Shown here: positions 57,008 to 64,000 of the stretch, piece after piece
Numbering within the stretch: position 1 is the first letter of the stretch
How the letters are laid out: each line of letters begins with the position of its first letter
Assembly: GCA_044450645.1 (NCBI GenBank)
Contig: JBIOJG010000030.1
Span: forward strand, 47-64,046
Length of the DNA stretch: 64,000 nt
From: Candidatus Binatia bacterium
GTDB lineage: Bacteria > Desulfobacterota > Binatia > HRBIN30
Direction: 5' to 3'
Made by a program: the position numbers and the translations under genes
Notes under the pieces: model-generated
Database searches by the model: none
Told to the model about the DNA's origin: nothing
The model's input: the letters and a program-made list of their open reading frames with translations, nothing else

Positions 57008-57838
57008 CTACAAGCTCGCCTGTGAGTCAACGCGTTTTTGCATGGAGGACTCGCATACGCGCCGCGCCACGACGATGAAGCCGGTGTGACCGATCATGCG
57101 GTGCTCGGGGCGAACGCTGAGGTTCTTGACGTGCCAGAAGCGGACCATGGTCTCGAATGATTGGATCGCTGCAAAACCGCCGTGATCTCGGAGGCCATCC
57201 ACAAACTGTTTGACCTGCATGACGGTCGGTACATAGCCCACGATGAGCCCTCCGCTGCGCAGCGCCTCCGCTGCCGCGGGCAGGAGCCGCCAGGGTTCGG
57301 CGAGGTCCACGGTCATGCGGTCGACCCCGCGTTCCTCGATGCCGGCGAAGGCGTCAGCTACCTTTACGGTCCAATTGGGGGCCGTACCGTAGAACTGCTG
57401 CACATTGTTCCGCGCCATTTCTGCGAAGTCAGGGCGCGTCTCGTAGGAGATGACGCGCCCCTCCAGGCCGACCGCACGCAGCAATGCCATGCTCAGCGCC
57501 CCCGGACCGGCGCCGATCTCGATCACCGTCGCCCCCGGATAGATGTCACCCCAGAGCAGGATCGGGCCGATGTCCTTCGGATAGATCACTTGCGCGCGGC
57601 GCGGCAAGTTGGGAATGAGCTGCGCAAAGCTTGGGCGCAGCATGAGAAACGGTTCTCTCGCTGTGGTGTAGACGATGCAGCCTTCTTCGAGTCCAATCAG
57701 ATGGTCCGCCTGCATCGTCCCACCGCGGATATGCACGCGGGCGCCGGCGCGCAGCACGCGTAAGTACTCGCGTTCTTTTGAGTCGATGAACAGGACGCTA
57801 TCGCCGGCTCGTAGCTGGCCGCTTTCCGGTCGCTCCAT
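57008..57838 (-). CDS. trmI: tRNA (adenine58-N1)-methyltransferase
   Basis: 276 aa. GCD14/TrmI N-terminal beta domain plus SAM-binding VIEIGAGPGALS, DLAEPW motif. Confidence 0.85.
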   Translation of the reverse strand: MERPESGQLRAGDSVLFIDSKEREYLRVLRAGARVHIRGGTMQADHLIGLEEGCIVYTTAREPFLMLRPSFAQLIPNLPRRAQVIYPKDIGPILLWGDIYPGATVIEIGAGPGALSMALLRAVGLEGRVISYETRPDFAEMARNNVQQFYGTAPNWTVKVADAFAGIEERGVDRMTVDLAEPWRLLPAAAEALRSGGLIVGYVPTVMQVKQFVDGLRDHGGFAAIQSFETMVRFWHVKNLSVRPEHRMIGHTGFIVVARRVCESSMQKRVDSQASL

Positions 57839-57871
57839 TGCAGGACCTCTCTGACGTGTTGTCGGATGTAC

Positions 57872-58810
57872 TCAGTGGTTTTCGCTTGCGGTGTAAGCGG
57901 TGGGGCGCCGCTGCCGCTTGGCTTCGACCTCGCGGATCAGCCCGCAGAAGGCGCACGAGGAACCGAATGCCGGCATCCCGCATCGCTCGCACGAACCCGG
58001 CGCCCCGTCAACGTGCCCTGAGAATGCCGGCCTTCCGACGCGCAGGAATTCCTGCACGAAGCTGAGCTTCGTCCCCGGCATCATCGCCTCCAGACGATTC
58101 AACGCCTCCTTGTAAAGCAGCGGCGTTGCCCCGACGCTGTTCGGGCACTCCTCGACGACGTAGTCGATGCCGCGAAAGAATGCGTACACCGCCGATTCAT
58201 ATTCGCTCAGCCGAAACAGCGGCTTGACTTTACGGACAAAGCGCTCGTGCGTCGATTCCAGCACGGGACGCTGCTTGCCGAGATGGTGTACCTGCCAGTG
58301 GAGTACGTTGCCCAGCAGTCGGGCGGCCTCGTCGTCGAGGTTGTGTCCAGTTGCGAGCACCGGGAAGCCATGTTCGAAAGCGAGACGGTCGAAGTAGTGG
58401 CGCTTGATGGTGCCGCAGGCGGCGCATGCCGGGCGGTGCGTGTAGGCCGTCACCGTTGGGATCGCCAGCCCGTCTTCCTCCAGACGCACGGTGATCAAAC
58501 GCAACCCTCGGTCGCGGGCAAAGGCCTCCGTTTTCTCGGTCGAGGTGTGCGAGTAGGATCCGATCCCAAGTGCCAGGTGCATCCCCGTGGTGCGATAGCC
58601 GAGCTCGTTCAGCGCATCCCAGAGGGCGAGACTGTCCTTGCCTCCGGAAACGGCCACCAACACTTCCTCGTCGCGAGTGAACATCTTCTCTTTTTCGACG
58701 GCGCGCTGAACCTGCCGTTGGAAACAAAAGATGAAACAGCCGCGGCAGAAGGCGGAGTTGCCCTGCCGGATCCGCACTTCGGCCTTAGACCGGCAGCGTT
58801 TGCATTTCAT
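57872..58810 (-). CDS. ttuA: tRNA 2-thiolation PP-loop ATPase of the TtuA/TtcA/NcsA family
   Basis: 312 aa. N-terminal Zn ribbon CKRCRSKA...CRGC. PP-loop VAVSGGKDS. Fe-S cysteines (PACAACGTIKR...ECPNS). C-terminal Zn ribbon CERCGMPA...CAFCG. Confidence 0.8.
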   Translation of the reverse strand: MKCKRCRSKAEVRIRQGNSAFCRGCFIFCFQRQVQRAVEKEKMFTRDEEVLVAVSGGKDSLALWDALNELGYRTTGMHLALGIGSYSHTSTEKTEAFARDRGLRLITVRLEEDGLAIPTVTAYTHRPACAACGTIKRHYFDRLAFEHGFPVLATGHNLDDEAARLLGNVLHWQVHHLGKQRPVLESTHERFVRKVKPLFRLSEYESAVYAFFRGIDYVVEECPNSVGATPLLYKEALNRLEAMMPGTKLSFVQEFLRVGRPAFSGHVDGAPGSCERCGMPAFGSSCAFCGLIREVEAKRQRRPTAYTASENH

Positions 58811-58825
58811 ATGGCTGCCCTGCGT

Positions 58826-59020
58826 TTACCCGCCAGAGATGACGTTCCGAATCTCTATGGCGTCGTTCGCCTCGATGAACTCGTTGTCGCACACCAGCTC
58901 ATTGCCGCGGATGACCATGACGGTTCCAGGCAGAAGCCCCAAATCCCGCAGAACGTCCGCGACGCGACGGCGTCCGTCCAGCTCAATCTGCTTGTGCTGG
59001 GGCAATAGCGTGATTTGCAT
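58826..59020 (-). CDS. ttuB: ubiquitin-like sulfur-carrier protein (ThiS/MoaD/TtuB family) ending in Gly-Gly
   Basis: 64 aa from MQITLLPQHKQIELDG...; terminates ...IRNVISGG-stop. Lies 15 nt upstream of ttuA. Confidence 0.65.
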   Translation of the reverse strand: MQITLLPQHKQIELDGRRRVADVLRDLGLLPGTVMVIRGNELVCDNEFIEANDAIEIRNVISGG

Positions 59021-59094
59021 GTAAGGGCTCACAGACAATAGGAAAAGCCAGATTGGGAGTCAACGCAACGGCTGACGGGTCGGGGCGGGAAGAT

Positions 59095-59700
59095 TCAAAG
59101 CACCCCCAACAATCCCGTCAGAATCCGGTAGGTCAAGCCCCAGATCGTGTGCCCCTGATACAGAAAAGCATTCTGCTCCAGTTCCTGACCGCCGAGACTA
59201 AACCGGATACTCCCTTGAGCCTCGCGGTGTCGCAGGAATGACAGTGGGACCCAGAGCGCGCGGTCGACCTCGTGATGGTTCAGGACCAGTTGCACGGGAT
59301 CGCTCACCGCGAAAACGAAGGGAGTGATGACCAACTCGAGGGGCCGGCCTCCGGCAAAGGCGGGCAGCTCGTCCAGACGTCCGAGCAGTTGGCCCTGTCC
59401 GAGTAGATCGATGCCAACCTCTTCGCGGGTTTCGCGCGCTGCCGTCATGAGGAGGTCGTCGTCTGACGGATGCTGCCGCCCACCCGGCAGCGCCATATGT
59501 CCTGACCATGGGTCACCTGTACGTTCGGAACGGCGGATCGCTACGAACTCAGCCCCACCGTCGGCTTCACGCAGCACTACCGCAACGGCCGCGCGCGAAT
59601 AACCATTGCCCTCCAATACGGAAGGCTGATGCGTAAGGAGGCGTTCTCGGATCCGCTCAATCTTCATCGAGGTGTCCACTGCAAGATATCGCCCTGTCAA
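59095..59700 (-). CDS. NUDIX hydrolase, CoA pyrophosphatase (NudL-like) subfamily
   Basis: NUDIX box GGRQHPSDDDLLMTAARETREEVGIDL. Upstream AVVLRE...FVAIRRSER...GHMALPGG CoAse-type motif. Confidence 0.8.
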   Translation of the reverse strand: MTGRYLAVDTSMKIERIRERLLTHQPSVLEGNGYSRAAVAVVLREADGGAEFVAIRRSERTGDPWSGHMALPGGRQHPSDDDLLMTAARETREEVGIDLLGQGQLLGRLDELPAFAGGRPLELVITPFVFAVSDPVQLVLNHHEVDRALWVPLSFLRHREAQGSIRFSLGGQELEQNAFLYQGHTIWGLTYRILTGLLGVL

Positions 59701-59869
59701 TTACGACTCTAGAGCTTCAACGACTTCCACGCCAGTGGTGACCGCCCCCGATTCGTGTCGGTGCTAAGACGAATCGGAACCGCGCCAAGTGGATCGCGAT
59801 GAGCCTATTGCCAATGGCCCGTCGCGCTCAGCTGGTGCTGTCCGACGGTACGCCATAAGCCAAGGCCGT

Positions 59870-60349
59870 CTAATCTAGGGCCTGAGGATCGGCGCGGGCG
59901 ACTAGGGAGCGCAGGTCTTCGCAATGGAGGACCTCCTCCCGGCGTAGCTCGTCGAAAAGCCCAGCCGTTTGCGGGAATGTTTCGGCAAACCGTATCGCCA
60001 GCTCGCGCAGGCGCTGCGTCGAAGAACGATGAGCCTCGAGGTCCTGGAGGAGACGAGTCCAATGGTTCAACGCGCCGCGCGGCGGTGGTCCGGAGGAGAC
60101 AGACGGAATACCGGCTCCCGCAGCATCGAGCGCTTGACGCAGGCGTTCACGTTGCTTCCCCTCGCCCGACGCCAGGTGCCTCAACGCGTCGGCGCTGTAA
60201 CGTTGAGGGGCAAGTTCGGCGTGTTGCTCCAGCTGCGCTGTGCGCCGGGCGCAGTCGATGTACGACTGGACCAATGCTGCAATGGCCTCGCTTGGGGTAC
60301 CGGCGTCTCCGCCGATGGCCAGACGAGACAGTTTTTGCATGATACCCAT
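59870..60349 (-). CDS. hypothetical protein, possibly ferritin-like four-helix bundle (DUF2383/PA2169-like)
   Basis: Start taken at the internal Met (MGIMQKLSRL...). Helical, with periodic Glu/Arg/His. Low-confidence assignment. Confidence 0.3.
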   Translation of the reverse strand: MGIMQKLSRLAIGGDAGTPSEAIAALVQSYIDCARRTAQLEQHAELAPQRYSADALRHLASGEGKQRERLRQALDAAGAGIPSVSSGPPPRGALNHWTRLLQDLEAHRSSTQRLRELAIRFAETFPQTAGLFDELRREEVLHCEDLRSLVARADPQALD

Positions 60350-60529
60350 AGTGCCGGCCGAACCGTAGTGGTCCGACCGATGTCTGTCAAGCACCAGGCG
60401 TAGCTGGTCGTCACATGGCGAGACCTTGGGGCTTCCGGGTGGTGCTGGGTGTAACCCAGTACCTTCCGGGTGGCAGGGTTTCGCTACCGCTGGATTTTCG
60501 CTATATAGAAACATTCCAAAGGAGACGAA

Positions 60530-60733
60530 ATGGCGCGGATTACCGTCGAAGATTGCCTGGAGAAGGTGCCCAACCGATTTCAACTGGTACTGCTGGCGGC
60601 CCGGCGGGCGAAACAGTTGTTAAAAGGAGCCCGGCCGTTGGTGGATAGCGACAACAAAGAAGTGGTTGCAGCCTTGCGCGAGATCGCCGAAGGTAAGGTG
60701 ACGATGAAGTACCTGGACACGGAGGAGTCCTGA
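60530..60733 (+). CDS. rpoZ: DNA-directed RNA polymerase subunit omega
   Basis: 67 aa. [29 protein letters not shown] is the RpoZ signature. Confidence 0.85.
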   Translation: MARITVEDCLEKVPNRFQLVLLAARRAKQLLKGARPLVDSDNKEVVAALREIAEGKVTMKYLDTEES

Positions 60734-60827
60734 GTCCCAGCGTCCTCAGTCCGGAGATCCGCATCAGCCCTGAGGCTCACGACTCAGCATCCACGGCCGA
60801 GAACGGCGGTTGAGGGCTGTTCCTCCC

Positions 60828-61970
60828 ATGACAGCGAAAGATCTCTACCGCGTGCTGGGAGTTGAACGTAACGCCAGTGCCGGGGACCTCAAGAAAGCTT
60901 ACCGCAAGCTTGCTCGTCGCCACCATCCCGACGTCAATCCCGGCAACAAAGAAGCCGAGGAACGTTTCAAAGAGATCTCGCAAGCGCACGACATCCTGAG
61001 CGATCCCGAAAAACGGAAACTGTATGACGAATTCGGCCTGGAAGGGGTTCAGACGGGTTTTGACGCGGCACGCACGCGTGCACAAAGCGAATGGAACGCG
61101 CGCCAGCAGGCGAGGGGTGCCAGTCCGTTTGAGGGAGGTGGATTCGGCCGCTTCGGGGCGGGCGACCGTTACGAGAACCTCGAAGACGTTTTTGGCGACG
61201 TCTTCGGAGAGGCCGCCCGGCCAGGACCGCGGCCCGGGCAAGATGCCGAGGCCTCCTTGGATATTGGTCTGCTTGATGCGGTGCGAGGTGTCTCCACACA
61301 GATCACCCTCGAACGAGCCGATGCGTGCGCGACCTGCCATGGTTCCGGTAGTGAACCGTCATCCGAAACTGTATGCCCCGAATGCCAAGGGCGCGGTCGT
61401 GTTCAGCTCGGCCGCGGGCCGATTGCCTTCGGACGAACATGTCCGCGCTGCCGCGGTGCAGGCCGGGTCGGGATGCGAGCATGCTCCACATGCAAGGGAC
61501 GGGGACAGAGTTCACACTCGGAGCGCCTTACCGTGCATATTCCGGCGGGCGTGGACACTGGGTCGCGAGTCCGGGTTGCCGGCAAGGGCGCACCCGGCAG
61601 CGGCGGTGGCCCGCCCGGAGATTTGTACATTGTCGTCCGCGTCCGCCCACATCCGCTGCTCGAACGGCGTGGCTCGGACCTGTATCTCGACGTGCCCGTG
61701 ACTGTTGGTGAGGCGGCCTTGGGCGGGGCGATCTCCGTGCCGACGCCGGATGGCGAGGTCCGTGTGAAAGTTCCTCCGGGCAGTCAAAGCGGTAAACTAC
61801 TCCGTATCCGCAGTCACGGGGTGCCCGCTCTCAAGGGTGGAGAGCGCGGGGATCTGTATGTTCGCTTGATGGTCCAGGTGCCGGTAGACGGCAATGAGAA
61901 AGTTCGAGAAGCCATCCGGACGGTGGAATCGGCGTATGGCGGAGATCTGCGCAGCGGATTGCGCCTGTAG
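60828..61970 (+). CDS. dnaJ: molecular chaperone DnaJ (type I, with Zn-finger domain)
   Basis: J domain [31 protein letters not shown]. Gly/Phe region. Four CxxCxGxG repeats ([32 protein letters not shown]). C-terminal peptide-binding domains. Confidence 0.9.
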   Translation: MTAKDLYRVLGVERNASAGDLKKAYRKLARRHHPDVNPGNKEAEERFKEISQAHDILSDPEKRKLYDEFGLEGVQTGFDAARTRAQSEWNARQQARGASPFEGGGFGRFGAGDRYENLEDVFGDVFGEAARPGPRPGQDAEASLDIGLLDAVRGVSTQITLERADACATCHGSGSEPSSETVCPECQGRGRVQLGRGPIAFGRTCPRCRGAGRVGMRACSTCKGRGQSSHSERLTVHIPAGVDTGSRVRVAGKGAPGSGGGPPGDLYIVVRVRPHPLLERRGSDLYLDVPVTVGEAALGGAISVPTPDGEVRVKVPPGSQSGKLLRIRSHGVPALKGGERGDLYVRLMVQVPVDGNEKVREAIRTVESAYGGDLRSGLRL

Positions 61971-62007
61971 AGCGAACCTGACGTCGTTGGCGTCGAGGTG
62001 ACGTGTC

Positions 62008-62319
62008 GTGGCCATGCACCGCTACTTGAAGGTTTCCGAGGTTGTGTCACAACTCCATGTGGACGCCGACTTTTTGCGCGCCTTGGAGGCGGAGGATCTC
62101 ATCCGCCTCAAACGCACTTCCGAAGAGGATCTGGTGATTTCCTCCGAGGATGTTGAGCGCGTGAGGCTGGTACTGGTGCTTACGGGCGAACTGGATGTGA
62201 ATCTGGCCGGCGCCGAGGTGATCATGCATATGCGGGAATCGATGCTGGCCATGCAGCGCCAATTCTCGGAGATTCTGGACGCTTTGGTTGCGGAAATGCG
62301 GCGTCAGTTGGGACGTTGA
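62008..62319 (+). CDS. MerR-family heat-shock-type regulator (HspR/CbpM-like)
   Basis: 103 aa. N-terminal MerR-type HTH (YLKVSEVVSQLHVDADFLRALEAEDLI). Sits immediately downstream of dnaJ. Confidence 0.55.
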   Translation: MAMHRYLKVSEVVSQLHVDADFLRALEAEDLIRLKRTSEEDLVISSEDVERVRLVLVLTGELDVNLAGAEVIMHMRESMLAMQRQFSEILDALVAEMRRQLGR

Positions 62320-62390
62320 GCCGCTTGCATCAGCCGTGCAACTTGCCGGCACCAAGGAATGAGTTTACATTTTCACTGACGCCGGACCAA

Positions 62391-63350
62391 ATGAGCGACG
62401 AACTCGACGAAAAAGACAGGCAGGAACCCGCCGGGGAGCTCCGGCCGGAGAATGAAGAGGATGCTGAGGAACGGCCGGACGGGGGCGCGCTTGTCCGGTA
62501 CGATCCTCTGCAGCGCTACCTGTCAGAGATCCGCCGCTACGCACTGCTGTCCCGCGAAGAAGAGCACCGCGTCGCCGTGCAATATCAGGAAAACAAGGAC
62601 ATCGAGGCCGCATACCGCTTGGTGACCGCGAACCTGCGACTCGTGGTGATGATCGCGCGTGAGTATCAGCACGCGGTTCGCACTCTGCTGGATCTGATTC
62701 AGGAGGGGAACATCGGCCTGATGGAGGCGGTGAAAAACTTCGACCCCTATCGCGGCATCCGCTTCCCATCGTACGCCGTGTGGTGGATTCGCGCCTATAT
62801 CATCCGCTACGTGATGAACAACTGGCGCATGGTCAAGATCGGCACCACGCAAGCGCAGCGGAAGCTCTTCTTCAATTTGCAGAAGGAAAAGGATCGCCTG
62901 GAAGCGGAAGGGTTTGTTCCCGGGCCCAAGCTCTTGGCCCAACGCCTCGACGTCAAAGAATCGGAAGTCGTGGAAATGGAGCAGCGGCTCTCCGCCCGCG
63001 ATCTCTCCGTGGATACACCGGTGGAAGCGGGGGAGAACGCCACCATGCTCGACTTCCTGCCGAGCAAAGATGCCACGGTGGAGGATGAGGTCGCTTCCGC
63101 CGAATCGCGCGAGCTGATTTCGCAGAAGGTCAAAGAATTCGGGCAGACGCTCACCGGCAAGGAGCAGGTCATCTTCGAGGGGCGGCTGATGGCGGACGAG
63201 CCCCTGACCTTGCAGGATATTGGCGACCGGTACGGCATCAGTCGTGAACGTGTGCGCCAGATCGAAGAACGGGTGAAGAAGAAGCTCAAGGCGTACCTCT
63301 TGGCTGAATGCAAGGACGTCGAGGACGCCGTCATCGATATCATCCGGTAG
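62391..63350 (+). CDS. rpoH: RNA polymerase sigma-32 (heat-shock sigma factor)
   Basis: RpoH box QRKLFFNLQKEKDRL. Region 2 (YLSEI..YALLSREEE, NLRLVVMIAREY, GNIGLMEAVKNFDP) and region 4 HTH (LQDIGDRYGISRERVRQIE). Confidence 0.9.
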   Translation: MSDELDEKDRQEPAGELRPENEEDAEERPDGGALVRYDPLQRYLSEIRRYALLSREEEHRVAVQYQENKDIEAAYRLVTANLRLVVMIAREYQHAVRTLLDLIQEGNIGLMEAVKNFDPYRGIRFPSYAVWWIRAYIIRYVMNNWRMVKIGTTQAQRKLFFNLQKEKDRLEAEGFVPGPKLLAQRLDVKESEVVEMEQRLSARDLSVDTPVEAGENATMLDFLPSKDATVEDEVASAESRELISQKVKEFGQTLTGKEQVIFEGRLMADEPLTLQDIGDRYGISRERVRQIEERVKKKLKAYLLAECKDVEDAVIDIIR

Positions 63351-63462
63351 GCGACGCGCGTCGCTGATCGCTCGTGCTGTCCTTTGCGAATCGCGCCACT
63401 AGCGGTTGCGGCAGTAGGATCGCAATTGTATAGTCTCGCCCGTCAAGAGGATCAAGAAAAGC

Positions 63463-63999
63463 ATGGCGCAAATACACGGTGGCCGGGTGGTGGCGAAAGC
63501 ACTGAAGGCGGAAGATGTTCCCTACGTGTTTACGCTGTGCGGTGGGCACGTGATGCCGATCTACGACGGGTGTCTCGATGAAGGCATCCGGGTCATCGAT
63601 GTCCGTCACGAGCAGACGGCGGCCCATGCCGCCGATGGGTGGGCACGGGTCACGGGACGGCCGGGGGTGGCGGTGGTCACCGCCGGTCCGGGACTGACCG
63701 ACGCGGTTACCGGTGTCGCCAGCGCGCAGCGCGCGAACATCCCGATGCTGATCTTCGGCGGACAAGGTCCGCGGCCCTTTGCCGACATGGGCTCGTTGCA
63801 GGACATGAACCACGTGGAGCTGATGCGGCCGATCACGAAATGGGCGGTCTCGGTGCCCGAAGGACGCCGTCTGGCCGATTACGTCAGCACGGCCTTCCGT
63901 ATCGCGACCACCAACGTGCCGGGACCGGTGTATCTGGAAATGCCCATCGACCAGCTGTTCAACGTCTACGACGAAGAACAAGTCGTCTTCCGTAGTCAA
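63463..63999 (+). CDS. thiamine-diphosphate-dependent enzyme (acetolactate-synthase-like), N-terminal fragment; continues beyond the window
   Basis: TPP-enzyme N-domain VAKALKAEDVPYVFTLCGGHVMPIYDG...RHEQTAAHAADGWARVTGRPGVAVVTAGPGLTDAVTGVASA. No stop codon before the window end. Confidence 0.8.
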   Translation, partial: MAQIHGGRVVAKALKAEDVPYVFTLCGGHVMPIYDGCLDEGIRVIDVRHEQTAAHAADGWARVTGRPGVAVVTAGPGLTDAVTGVASAQRANIPMLIFGGQGPRPFADMGSLQDMNHVELMRPITKWAVSVPEGRRLADYVSTAFRIATTNVPGPVYLEMPIDQLFNVYDEEQVVFRSQ

Positions 64000-64000
64000 T

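Noticed and set aside
60415-60529. Possible sigma-32 or sigma-70 promoter upstream of rpoZ (cgctatataga)
   Set aside because: There is an AT-rich patch, but no convincing -35/-10 pair at correct spacing. Too weak to report as a feature.
63351-63380. Perfect palindrome GCGACGCGCGTCGC after rpoH as terminator
   Set aside because: Short stem, no U-tract. Could be a protein-binding site or chance in GC-rich DNA. Not supported enough.

Overview
This is a 64 kb, high-GC, gene-dense window from a Gram-negative-type bacterium, with about 60 confident genes and almost no non-coding space. Supporting genes include the outer-membrane and lipoprotein genes, a complete elongasome operon, and rpoH, rpoZ, dnaJ, ligA and nadE; I did not attempt a taxonomic call. 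Two blocks of ordinary core genes flank an accessory region packed with very large secreted proteins. The core genes are purN, an mreB-mreC-mreD-mrdA-rodA operon, a split nit/nadE pair, rsmI, ligA, holA, a tandem-fused CoA transferase, DAHP synthase, a ttuB-ttuA-trmI tRNA-modification operon and a heat-shock cluster rpoZ-dnaJ-merR-rpoH. The accessory region (about 14.2-24.6 kb and 35.2-50.4 kb) carries proteins with signal peptides and extremely long Pro/Thr-rich linkers. Four of these (giant 1555-aa protein, 35296-37833, 40345-42174 and 42283-44568) carry dockerin-like tandem Ca-binding modules. They are followed immediately by an array of four tandem paralogous Cys-rich secreted proteins (44747-50370). 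Each paralog has its own strong Shine-Dalgarno sequence, and an intrinsic terminator closes the array. I could not assign this paralog family to any known family; it is the best candidate in the window for a previously undescribed extracellular system. The array sits upstream of an orphan receiver, an XRE regulator and a REC/REC-PAS-histidine-kinase pair. No rRNA, tRNA, CRISPR array or mobile element was recognised. The many long antisense or alternate-frame ORFs over the Pro/Thr-linker DNA are artefacts of the repetitive GC-rich sequence.
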